From the NCBI GenBank assembly GCA_977862235.1, contig OZ374562.1, forward strand, positions 2,232,001-2,296,000: a stretch of DNA of 64,000 nucleotides, read 5' to 3'. Positions 11,657-22,705 of this stretch are shown piece after piece (positions within the stretch are counted from its first letter, which is position 1; each line of letters opens with the position of its first letter). The notes beneath the pieces are model-generated. The model was not told the DNA's origin. It was given only the letters and a program-made list of their open reading frames with translations, and ran no database searches. This DNA comes from Dudresnaya verticillata. Taxonomy: Eukaryota. The position numbers and the translations under genes are program-made.

Positions 11657-12392
11657 TGCCATTGAAGTTCGTAACACTAGCCCTAGGTTCAGGATCTATC
11701 TCACCGTGGACAGACTATAGACTATTGCGTGTAGCCAAGGAGTTTAACTCCGTGTAGCCAAGGAGTTTAGCCTCAAACGAAAATGTTGATTTAGTTCCTC
11801 TTTGAATAAATCGTCTCTTTCAAGCAAGAGATAGAGACCTGCCCGCGGAGGAAAGACTGCAGCTCACCTGCTTTGATAAAATTAGCTTATCTTTCAAGGA
11901 GGCCAAGTCATGCGAAAAGCGATGGCCACAGAGTTTGCGATGGATACCAGCCACCATCCTCGAAGGCTTGAAGTACCTTCGAGGTGGCTGAAACATGACA
12001 AGGGGGTGCGAAGAGAGAGCTTCTCAGCCGCTGGCGTAGTATCTTTCAGAGTAACTCGCGGTGCGCGGCGTTGTGTTTGTGAAAAGACAGAGAGGAAAGG
12101 AAAAGAACGCGAAGGCTCGCATAGCGAGAAGGAGTTGGTAATCCATCTTGGGAGACTTTCTCCCTTCGCGCGGTGGTTGAACTGCTCCCAAGGGCGGCCA
12201 TTGTTGACACTACAGTCTGCCGGTCGACTTGTTCCTTGGAGCCGAGCGGTCGGTGCGATAGCGAACCAGAAACAGCAAGCATCCTAGCGACACGTGTATG
12301 TGGAGACCTACCTCCTTGGCGCTCTGCGGGGCCCGCGGTTGCTGCCAACGCTCTGTTCGCGATCACAGGGCCCAAGCGCACAGAGCTCCATG

Positions 12393-12421
12393 GGTCTCGA
12401 GTTCGACCCTCGACAGAAGTA
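12393..12421 (+). pseudogene. 3' fragment of tRNA-Val (T-arm/B-box and 3' acceptor strand), followed by the oligo-dT terminator
   Basis: Identical to 1052-1080. Upstream sequence does not form D or anticodon arms. Confidence 0.9.
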
Positions 12422-12698
12422 GTGCCTGTTCTATTTTTTTTCTTTTTTTGAGCGTGCACCCTTCTCGCTTGACTTTCCCCTACTGAGTCCCGGACTCTGC
12501 CCTGCAGCAGGAGCTTGCCGGAGAAGTTGAGCTGCGGATACGGAATGAGTTCAGCGCCGCTTTGTATTTAACTCTCCTTTTCTTCAACGTCGTCCGCATG
12601 TGCTAGAGACTCGAGAACACGATTCCAATCCGCACGCTGCATACTTTTATGCCTTCGACGTAGTAAACCGCATGCCCCGTATTGAATACCTATAGCCG

Positions 12699-15227
12699 TT
12701 GCACGCCCTGCACCTTCCAATTCGAAGCCCTCTAGGGAGCTGGCAAGGTCTACTTCGACATGCCATGCAAACACATGCAAACACACCACACAGACCAGCA
12801 AACGCGAGGCGAGCCATCGACGTCGGTAACCTCGTACATCAACTGTGCAAAACAAAACGTTTTTCCACATCCGACGGCTCTCCAAAAAGCCATGGTTGTC
12901 TGTGGGCAGGTCGCGCATCACCACTTCACTGCGTCCGTTCTCCCCGCGACATCCATCCACGACCACGACCACCGAAACCCTTCAGCCCCACTTTGCCGCC
13001 ATTTTCGAGCCCCACTGTCTTCGTTTTTGCGCGCCTCTCTGGAACCTGTTGCAAACCATCTCAGCCGGTCATTTGGTCCCGGCGACCGCGATCCTACTTG
13101 CGTGAGCCCCCTGCCCGTCGCGCCCGCCCCTTCTCACAAACCCCCCATTACACCAACGGCACCTACCCTTCCACAACCCTTCCCAACAACTTTGCCGCAT
13201 CACTGCCCCCCCTCCCCCTCCCCCTCCCCATCTACCGCACCTTCGTCTCGATCTCTAACATTCGACAATACCGCACCATGAAGCCGTACTATCGCTCATT
13301 TGTGACCAACGTCAACACGTACCGCATCCCGACCTCCCAAGGCCCCCTCACCTCGGACTACCGTTCTGTTGCGAATGTGACTGGAACATCGAGCTCTGGA
13401 GCGCCGATCAAGACTAACCGCGCCGGGCCGAGCGAGGCCGGGCCGAGCAAGGTCGGGCCCAGCAAGGCTGCCGCCAACGGTGGCGCGTCTCCAGAATCCG
13501 GCACCGGCCGGCACAAGAAATCGTTCCAGCATGACCGCCCCATCGCGGTTGCGGATCTAGACGGAGAGGGTAACATCGCGCTCGAGGAGCCTCAGACGAA
13601 TCCCGACGCAGTGACGCTAGGCTCTTCCGAAGTGGGATTGTACTGCAGTGACGGGTCTGGGGTCAAGAATGCTGACCGAGGCGATGACACGAGCATGTCC
13701 CCGAACCCCATCGCAGCCGAGCAGATGAACCAACACGAGGCTGAAACGCGGGGCCGTGCCAGCGTTTCCTGGAATCACACCGGAGTGGCGCCCATGAGGT
13801 TGTCCGGGGCCGCTGAAGTCTTCGACGTTCCACCTAGTGGCGCCCCGAAAGTAAGTGCGCCAAGAAGCCGTCACTCTGTCATAAGCCACGCTGGAGCGAG
13901 CACGCATGCCATCACATCTGCGTTGTCTCCCAACACTCCGAAAACCGGTCTAGCCGATCACGGCCGTTCTAGTGGGGCCGTGAATCCAGGTTGCATGAAC
14001 CTCATGATTCCTCAGGAGGACCACGCCCTCATCTGCAAACTGCCGTCCGATCGAGCTGAAGTGCAGGAATCAATCAATGGTACGGCGGAAGCTAACCCCA
14101 AAAAAAGGAGGAAGGATGCTGCCCCTTCCCATCCCTCACTCCTTTCAGGGCCCTCACCTATAGACGCATTCATGGAAGCTTATATACGAATATCTGAAGA
14201 AGACGACAAGATCTGTGAGCCTTTCATGAAGAAGTCCGAGAACCCATTTAATTTCAAGGTGTATGACTACTCGCAGCCGACGGGTACCGCGAAGGTGGCA
14301 GCAGTGATGGAATCACCTGTGACGGCCCAACCTTTTCAAGACAATGCGAACGATGTATGCAATGGTAATCGTGCTGCGTCTTTGAACAGCCCAGCTGCTG
14401 CTCAGCGCAATCCCCTACCTCCACAACATGACTCCAAGCCAATGGATACTGCGATGAACAAGAAACGGAGTTTTTCCAACAACCATGACCTCTCCACAGG
14501 AAGTTTCATAGACTGGCCCCTGCTTCCCCCCATTAAGAAGAGCCGCAAAACGGAAGACCAGCATACCTGTGGACAATGCCGTATGAAGGTTTTGGACGCT
14601 CACTCGCTCTATCAGCATATCCTTCACAGATGCGAAAAGGGCAGCGCGAAAGGTGCCTGCCACATGCCACCTGGAGGTGCCCGGAAAGCAAGAGTGGCGA
14701 GAAAGCGCTTCCGCGGCGCCAGCGTTGCCGGGGCGAGCACACGTGCAATCGAATCTGGGGTATCAACCACGACTCCGGCCACGACTCCGGCCACGACTGC
14801 GACCACCTCTGTGACTTCGACCACGACCACGACCACGACTCTGACTACGACTCCGACCACGACCACGACCACGACTCTGACTACGACTCCGACCACGACC
14901 ACGACCACGACCACGAATCCGGCCACGACTGCGACCACCGCTGTGACTTCAACGGCGACCACGACTCCGACTACGATCCCGACCACAACCACGACTCCGA
15001 ACACCACTCCGAGTACCGACCGACCCAACCACGACCGTTCCAGCGTGGGAGTGAATCAAGGTTACAACAACCCCATGAGGCTCCAGGTGATCCTCCAGGA
15101 TCCGGTGACAATCCGTTCCCGTATTGCGAAGAGTCATGTGGAGGACGACCAATACACCTGCAGACAATGCTATCAGACATTTACGGGCATTCGAGCGCTC
15201 TGCCATCATCTACTTGAGGAGTGCTGA
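12699..15227 (+). CDS. Duplicate of the C2H2-finger/Thr-rich ORF
   Basis: Translation identical except a 12-aa repeat deletion and one P>S change. Confidence 0.55.
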   Translation: MHALHLPIRSPLGSWQGLLRHAMQTHANTPHRPANARRAIDVGNLVHQLCKTKRFSTSDGSPKSHGCLWAGRASPLHCVRSPRDIHPRPRPPKPFSPTLPPFSSPTVFVFARLSGTCCKPSQPVIWSRRPRSYLREPPARRARPFSQTPHYTNGTYPSTTLPNNFAASLPPLPLPLPIYRTFVSISNIRQYRTMKPYYRSFVTNVNTYRIPTSQGPLTSDYRSVANVTGTSSSGAPIKTNRAGPSEAGPSKVGPSKAAANGGASPESGTGRHKKSFQHDRPIAVADLDGEGNIALEEPQTNPDAVTLGSSEVGLYCSDGSGVKNADRGDDTSMSPNPIAAEQMNQHEAETRGRASVSWNHTGVAPMRLSGAAEVFDVPPSGAPKVSAPRSRHSVISHAGASTHAITSALSPNTPKTGLADHGRSSGAVNPGCMNLMIPQEDHALICKLPSDRAEVQESINGTAEANPKKRRKDAAPSHPSLLSGPSPIDAFMEAYIRISEEDDKICEPFMKKSENPFNFKVYDYSQPTGTAKVAAVMESPVTAQPFQDNANDVCNGNRAASLNSPAAAQRNPLPPQHDSKPMDTAMNKKRSFSNNHDLSTGSFIDWPLLPPIKKSRKTEDQHTCGQCRMKVLDAHSLYQHILHRCEKGSAKGACHMPPGGARKARVARKRFRGASVAGASTRAIESGVSTTTPATTPATTATTSVTSTTTTTTTLTTTPTTTTTTTLTTTPTTTTTTTTNPATTATTAVTSTATTTPTTIPTTTTTPNTTPSTDRPNHDRSSVGVNQGYNNPMRLQVILQDPVTIRSRIAKSHVEDDQYTCRQCYQTFTGIRALCHHLLEEC
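14767..15017 (+). repeat. Poly-Thr minisatellite, copy 2
   Basis: One 36-bp unit shorter than 3426-3712. Confidence 0.9.
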
Positions 15228-17119
15228 GTCAGGACCACACAGAATAACAACCAACGCACCATCTGGGCTGTCGATCATAACCCATTTTCTGAACTTCTCG
15301 TGCACTTCGACGAAAAGTAAGGAACTGTAAGGTTGGGTATAGAAAAGTACCAAGACCCTGGAGTACTGCTGTGTTGTCATTGCAAGAAATTGTTCACTAG
15401 ACTCGCGAACGTGAAGCCCCACCGCTGCTTCGCAGCTTCGGGGAAGTCCAGATACCGTATAGTAGGCAACGTCTTAGTAGACAACGTCTGTCAAGTGGCA
15501 CGAAATGAAAAGGAAATGTTGACTGTCATAGCCTGAATGATTCCTGTACAGTAGTAGAGTGTCCTGTTCGGAGCGTCTTTTGTTTATCAGCCTGCAGTGA
15601 AAGTTCCCATCTTGGATCGGCAAACCGTCTTCATGGTTGGTTGCTGTAACAGTTTCCCTGCCAGTTGGAATGATGAGTTGCTCCACAATCTCTCTACTGC
15701 CGCAGAAACATAAGTTGGCTAAAAACACTTCGAGTTTGTTGCTCCGTGGAGGGTATCCATAACAAACTTCCATTATCCATGGCGACGCTGTGTAGGTTTC
15801 GGTATGCACGATGCGGTGAATTGTTCCCATCGGCACAGATCATCCGGAAGGTTCAATTAACCACACTATTTCCAGTAGATCAGGATGCGCCGCGCATGTT
15901 GCCACTCTCCGTGTTCGAGAGCACAGACACTTTTGCGGCCTTTGGGTATCCAAGGACTTACGGATGCCAGCTTGAATTGGACATGGGTCAGCTGCTTGAA
16001 AGGTCAGAGAGTCTTCATGGCGGTGTTCCCCGACGTCACAACCACAATGCGACAGGCTTCGTACTGAGAGGCATAACGAGAGTAGGAAATGACCAAACCG
16101 CTCCTGCTGTCGTCCGGCTTCCCATTCCTTCCCCGACTCGCGCAAGAATTATCCCAATCCCTAACCGTAGCCTTCGCATCAAAAATGTTTTGAATTACGC
16201 AGCAGGCCAAGCCCTTTCGCTGAGAAGTTTGGGAGCGACGCAAGCTCTACAATGCTGTGCACTTCTCAGCGCCATCGTCCAACAACGTGTTCTTTAAACC
16301 ACGTACCAGAAGATTCGAAGACAAATTGAGAGCCACCTTGCCCGCACCGAACTGGCTCTAGTACTTCTTGTACGGGACATTCCGACAAGGTACTCTGCAT
16401 TCTCAAGGTCACTAAGGAGTACGCTACCCAAGCTGCACCGCGTACTATGCCCCTCGCTGCACTCGGTACTTCATCACTGCCCCCAACGCTCCGACATCTC
16501 CGAGGACCTCACGATGGAATGGCGTGCTGCCTATCCTACAGCTCGTCCAACACCTGTCTCACGCATGCCTTGCTTCGCCCCTACCCTATCCCTCCCCGAC
16601 TACCGCGACCGACCCCCGGCAGTTCGCTGGCACTCGACACTAGCACCTCTACACTTTCCTCATTTCCCCACACAATGCCGCCAATCGCAACAATCTCCGG
16701 ATCGACGCAAAAACGCTCAACATACTTACTCCGTTCGGCAGCCACCATTGCCGGCTAGTTTCGCGCACCGCTAGTACCGCAGCAGTGCAAGCTGAACCAC
16801 CGAAACTAGCTCGCTTTCAGGGTCTTTTGGCTACTGAAGACATGACACTCTACCCTCTTCTTGTTTACTCATACCGAACCTTTGGTACTCGTGACCGGCG
16901 GGCGCTGCGATTTATCGGACGCCAGAGCGGCAAAATGTGCGATAACTGCCTAGCCCATTTCATTGAAGGTGCTTTGTTAGCACCCTCTTTGATACCAAGC
17001 TTTAGGATCCAGTACCCCTACCTGCATCTTCGGCACTGTCTTGCTCTTCAGATGCACTGAGGTCACTTCCGGGAAGCGGCGTCGCGTCTTTCTCGTCTAC
17101 CTGCGCCGCAGAGTTGTGG

Positions 17120-17653
17120 TCAAAGTTCTTCTGCAGCGGCACGGTCTTCTGCAGCGGCATCGTCTCCTGCTCGCATAGCATCAATGCATCTTGATAATAT
17201 GTCGCAAGGGCTTACACGAGCCCCATGACGCTCAATTCGCCGTGATACGAGTGCACAAGTCAATTGAAGTAAATCTGGCGTTGAGTTTGCTCCTTCTCTC
17301 CAACAGCGGAAGATGCGCCCTTCGAAAAACCGGAAGAAGCTGTCGATGATACTGCTCTTGTCCGGTGAGTCCGGGAGCCACATTTGCAGCTCGCGGCCAG
17401 CTTGATCTGCGAAGAGGCGCATTTGGGTGGCAGTGACTGCTGCGGGGGTACGCGGGAAGTCACAGGACGATAGAATGTCTCGCACACTTTCAGCCATTCT
17501 GGGGATGGATACGCCTTGCATGTTATCGTTGACTTGCGGTGCGGAAGGGGGATTGGCGCCGTTCTCGGGGGAGGCAGGATTCATGGTAGTGGTGGAGCCG
17601 GTGGGAGTTGTGTTGGGATGTGGACGGTAATCGGTGTGATCACTGTCCGACAT
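17120..17653 (-). CDS. Duplicate hypothetical protein
   Basis: Identical translation to 5815-6348. Confidence 0.35.
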   Translation of the reverse strand: MSDSDHTDYRPHPNTTPTGSTTTMNPASPENGANPPSAPQVNDNMQGVSIPRMAESVRDILSSCDFPRTPAAVTATQMRLFADQAGRELQMWLPDSPDKSSIIDSFFRFFEGRIFRCWREGANSTPDLLQLTCALVSRRIERHGARVSPCDILSRCIDAMRAGDDAAAEDRAAAEEL

Positions 17654-19227
17654 GGTGCTGCAGCGGAGAGCCCCGAGGGGTTCCACGAGGGTAGGGCGTC
17701 AACGCGAAGAAGGGCTTTGGTGCTTGGATTAGATGGAGGCCCTGATGAGAGTTGTGCGGCGCGATGGTTTTTCGCCGGGCACACTCTAACTCCAAGTGCA
17801 GTCGATGGGCACTGCGTTGGTTGCCCCCACTGCCCTGCAATCGGGAGCGAAGCCTGTTTATTAGCAGATCCGGTGCGTGTGACAGCGGGATTGCCCTTTC
17901 CCGCCTTCGCCGTGCGGTTGTGACTACGGCCGAAACAGCCACGGCCATGAAACTATTATGGGCCCTCCGTGACATTTTGACTCGTCAGGTTTGAAGACAG
18001 CAGTGACACGTGGACTCGAACTGAACCGCGTCAACCAGAAACCATAAAAAACCGAAATTCTCGTCGAGGTAGTTTGCCGAGAAAATAGGCAATCAATGCG
18101 TCGAGGGAAAGACAAAAAGTACGCGCAGTGCACGCGCACCATGCGCTCTATTGTTCGGGCTATTTCGTGAGGCTCAGCTATTGTGAGATTTAGTCGAGAC
18201 ATCAAAGCAACAGCAGCGTCAGGGCTCTCAAACATCACGGCTTACACGCAGTATGCCCTCCAGAGCACAGTTCGGGAGGAGTGAGCCCGCACCAACGTTG
18301 GTCTTCGTGCTCGACTGCAATCAAAGACGCTAAACGAACGCAAGCATTATCCCTTAAGTAATTAGAACAGCCCCATAAGCCCGTTTATAATCGAATTACC
18401 TGTTGTGGATTCCGTTCCCAAAGGATATGTTTTAGAGAAGAATACATCTACTTTTTCTGTTATGTAGTCCAACGACTCCTCATACTTCACAGAGCACTTG
18501 AATTCATCCTGCACTGTGTTGTTTACAGGTAAAATGTTCAGCCCTGCTCCTACGCACTTCTTCCAATTCGACAAAGCTTTGGCGTTCCTGTTCTACCAAA
18601 CCTCTGTCTCCATCTGAATATTATATTGACATTCTTGTCCTTGTCCTAACAGGAAAGCTTCGCTATTTCGGTAACAGCTACCACAGAGGGGATATATGAT
18701 AATATGCAGGAGTTTCGAAAGAACTCAAAAGGAAGCAAGTCTGAACATGCTGTCCTCAAACTGCAATTTCCAGCATTCTCCAGCTCACCTCCCTCGCGGT
18801 GAATCGTACACGTCCAGTGTGTCCAGGCCTTCCAGTATTCATCAGTGGGTAAGTCATTAGGGTTTCCTGCAGTTCTTCTTGCTTCATTAAAGTTGTGATG
18901 ATGGACTGATAAGAGAGAAAGGCTCAATGTTGCTAATTTATCCTATTAGTTGGTGAGGAATGTGCTAAGTTTTGCCGTTAAGTGCGATGAGAATTCAAGC
19001 TGCTGTCATACATACTCGAAGAGGGTGACCGACGTCCGCCGACGATTGTCGCAAGTTTGGTACTTATAAACACTACCACGCCCCGCTGGTGTCGACCCAT
19101 AGCCTACTAACATTCCCTAGTACCTTCACCTATCGACCTCACGATTTCAAACTCCCAAAACACCATTACCAATCTACAAATAATCTTCCGAGACAGCCTC
19201 GAACTCGTGAGGAAAAGGAAAGATCCG

Positions 19228-20106
19228 ATGTTAATCAAGGGCAGGTGGCGCCTGGACAGAGTGTTAGGAGCTGGATCATTCGGTGTTGTGCGGCTTGCAG
19301 TTGATACCCACACCAGTGGTGAGGTCGCCGTTAAGCTGGAAGATAAAGCACCGGTACGGATGCAAACACTTTATGATGAGTACATTGTGTACCGAGCTCT
19401 ACAAAAATATTCGCCAACAAGCGGATTCGCACAGATACTATACTACGGGCACTACAAGACGTTCACTGTTCTTGTTATGGAACGGTTGGGAAAGTCGCTT
19501 GAGCACGCGAGGAAGCTTTGCCCAGGAGAGAAGATGTCTCTCAAGACCGTCCTAATGCTTGGAATTCAGCTGGTCACAAGGCTGGAAATCTTACATGAGA
19601 AAGGGTTTGTCCACTGTGACATTAAGCCCTCCAATTTGTTGCTGGGGAAACGAAATAGCGACCAAGTCTACCTTGCAGACTTTGGCCTTTCCAGGCGGTT
19701 TAGGCGGCCTGGTAGAAAGGATCACTATCCAGATAGAAAGACGTCCGGTGTTACCGGGACACTAATGTTTCTCTCCGTCAACTGCCATCACCGTCATCAG
19801 CCATCAAGGAGAGATGACTTGGAGTCGTTGGTATACACGTTTGTAAGTTTGTACACGGGATCTTTGCCATGGGACTGCCGTACACCAGCCGGAATGTCTT
19901 ATGAAGAGTTCGCGTCCAGCACGAAAGAATTCATCCCTGGTGCAGAGCTTTTCAGAGGAATGCCTGTTGAGCTGCGAGAATTCCATGGATATGTCAGAAC
20001 GCTGCGATATTCCCAACGCCCAAACTATTCTTATTTGAAAGCTCTTTTGAGAGACGCCTTGAAAAGCAATGGGTTTCAAGACGATAGTCGCTTCGAATGG
20101 TCGTGA
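19228..20106 (+). CDS. Casein kinase 1-like kinase, duplicate of 7923-8801
   Basis: Identical translation. Confidence 0.9.
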   Translation: MLIKGRWRLDRVLGAGSFGVVRLAVDTHTSGEVAVKLEDKAPVRMQTLYDEYIVYRALQKYSPTSGFAQILYYGHYKTFTVLVMERLGKSLEHARKLCPGEKMSLKTVLMLGIQLVTRLEILHEKGFVHCDIKPSNLLLGKRNSDQVYLADFGLSRRFRRPGRKDHYPDRKTSGVTGTLMFLSVNCHHRHQPSRRDDLESLVYTFVSLYTGSLPWDCRTPAGMSYEEFASSTKEFIPGAELFRGMPVELREFHGYVRTLRYSQRPNYSYLKALLRDALKSNGFQDDSRFEWS

Positions 20107-20725
20107 TTTCAAGTCGCATGCAGCGAGCTAAGGAGCTATGGAGCTTTAGCTTCAAAAGCGGTCAGTTATATAGAAATTCTCAACTCAGTCTTCTGTGAAC
20201 TGTACATTCAGTTCGCCAAAGGAAAAATTGCTGCAAAGGTGTTCTATGCCAGGATTTTCTTAGAGAGAAGATTGTTTGAAGAGGGGTCTCGAAATGGGTT
20301 TCGATCTGGTTTCTTTGTGTTGACTTGTAGCAAAACGGCGGGGGGCACTAATTAACAGTAGCTACGATAGAATCGGTATTTCAGTAAACTCAACAAATTC
20401 TGACACATGCTGTATTATGGGAGAAGGAGAACTTTACGAGCGTATGGAGGGAGGCGAAGTCGCCCGTGTCGGAAATATGCATATGCATAATCAGCGCGGG
20501 TCATCAAGGGCCAGTGAATCCGATTTGTTGCACTGTCATCGTTCTTAGCTCAGAGTTGTAGAACAGTGGCATTTTATTACTCGAAACCTTCAAGGCATTT
20601 TTCAAGAGCATACTATGCACAGCAGTGCTCAAATGTTTAAGACCCAGAATCGCAAGTATATGGAAAAACGCTCATGTTGGTTGGCGTCAGAGCCCCCACA
20701 AAAGACTATGCAGGGCATTAAAGAG

Positions 20726-20874
20726 ATTATACTCTCTTTAGTTCTCCAATGCGTCGCGGTGAGTGTCAACCGCCGCAAGCTTGCTCCTCCGCCTCTTTAT
20801 GGTAGCTCTGAATCCTAAGCCCCCTTAAGGGGCTTCTCTCTTGTTCTTTAATAAAGGTCTCTCTCTCTCTCTCT
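20726..20874 (+). mobile_element. Duplicate of truncated CRE-like remnant A
   Basis: Same sequence, TSD CATTAAAGAG at 20716-20725 and 20875-20884, tail one TC unit shorter. Confidence 0.88.
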
Positions 20875-20934
20875 CATTAAAGAGATGGAGACCTTTATGC
20901 ATAGGAAAGACTACAGCCCCGTAAGGGGGCTTAT

Positions 20935-22594
20935 CTAAAACTCATCTGAAAGGCGACGGTCGAAGAGTAAACGGCGGTTAACAGCCACCGCGACAGATTG
21001 AAGTACAAGAGAGGTGAGGTGGGTGAGAAGAGATAGTTTCTCAGATATCGGCGAAGTGCCCTTCATAGCAGCTAAGAAATTCGCCACGCGCTGAGCGCCT
21101 CGATCGAACCCAGAACCAATGGCACCATAGATGTCCATCACCATAGGATGGAGTTCTATCCGGTTGGTAGAACATAAGCGACGATAATGACGGGCTTTAG
21201 CTTGCTCGCGGCGGTGAATAGCTTGATGTTGAGAGCGAGGCGTTTTGGACTGTGTAGTTGGATGGTGTGGGGTCACCACGGAGACGTCAAATGCTTGTGG
21301 GAGGGGAGCAAACGCAGGGTCATCAATATAGAGATCCATACGAAGATGGTCACGTCGGTCTTCTTCGAAACGGTCTTCAGTACGTTGTAATTGACGGGCA
21401 TCGCGACGCCTTTCTGAAGCAGTGCGTGCAGAAGACGCCGTAACTCGGGAATCCCCAGTCTCCTCTAGGTAGGAAAAGTTGCGTTCAAGCTGAACAGTAA
21501 CGCCATGGTTCCGAGCAGTATTACGAAAGGAAGCCCCAAGTTGATTTCGGAGGGTATCATGGCGGCGAATGCTGCCAGTTCCCGACCGACAGATTGTGGA
21601 ATGGTGTCCAAAGATATCAAGGAGTGGAACTTCAGCGGATGTGCCATGGAGACAAGCAGGACAAGGGCGATCACCACGGAAGATCGCCACACCCAGTCTG
21701 AGTTTGAGCATGGTGAGCCATATGTCGGGTTGCACGCGGGTAGAAGAAGATGCATATGGGAGCGCACTGAAAGGGCGGCTAGAGTTGACAGTAGAGGTAG
21801 ATTGAATCCGTACTCGGGCACGAGAGCTATGCTGAGTAGTCATGTGGGACATGAGGTCGTTTCGAAATTTTCGTTGAATATAGGGAAGAAGATCTTGGGA
21901 CAATGCGGGAACGACACCATGACCTATGGAAGATGCGGCCGACAAGATAGAAGAAACACTGCATTTTTCACGATCTTCACGGAGTAGTTGCTGTTCGCGA
22001 ATGTTGTGAAGAGACGGGGCGAGGAAGTGGTGCAAAGTAGGAGAATAAAAAGGTACCAGGCATCGAATCCAGGCGAGAGAGGACAGAACGGAGGTGATAT
22101 AGCTGCAGTGGGCAATGTGATGGGCATTTGTAAGACCTAGTCCACCGTTTCGCATGGGAAGCGAAACCATATCCCAGGATTCATCCGACAGTGGAAAGTG
22201 TGTGTGTTCAAACACTCCACGCATGCCACAGTCATTTGTTAATGAAATGGCTTGGGTTAGTTGCGGGGGAGTGCATCGCAGTAGGTATGAAAGCTTGGAA
22301 GTTCCAGCACAGTACCGTAATAAATGCAAAACGAGTTGAGGATCATTAAGCTGCTTCCGTTGGGCCCAGAAATATTGGATGGGCTCATGCTTAGTTCTTA
22401 GATGTTGTAAACAGCCCTCAGTACTGCCAATAGGGGCGCCCAGAACTGTGATAAAAGAATGATTGTTGATAGGACAACCTAGGGAGGTAGAACGAGAAAC
22501 ACGACGGGACGATAAAGAAGGCCACCAAGCTTCTGTTTTCCCCACTGCTATGTGCAGATTGAAACCAATTTTGGGGCCTTGGGTCTTTAGAAAC
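20935..22594 (-). pseudogene. Element B ORF2, C-terminal part (RT thumb, CCHC knuckle, restriction-like endonuclease)
   Basis: KIGFNL, VLGAPIG, KLSYLLR, NGGLGL, CPAC..HSTIC, RHDTLRN, RMDLYI..FDVSV..REQAKARHY. Joins the N-terminal part at FLK. Confidence 0.9.
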
Positions 22595-22705
22595 CACGAG
22601 CACCGTCTTTGTTCCTTCGAGTCTTTCTCTCCATCTTCCTCACGCCCCTGCACACACCAATCCCTCTCCTCCTTCGTCCTGTCCTTTTCGACTCCCCTTG
22701 CCGGC

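Noticed and set aside
11728..11769. 19-bp direct repeat CGTGTAGCCAAGGAGTTTA (also a 14-bp repeat near 10027-10056)
   Set aside because: Two copies only; ordinary slippage duplications.
1052..12392. Simple 11.3-kb tandem repeat or prophage-like island
   Set aside because: Segment 9769-12392 is not repeated after copy 2, and no integrase or viral genes are seen.
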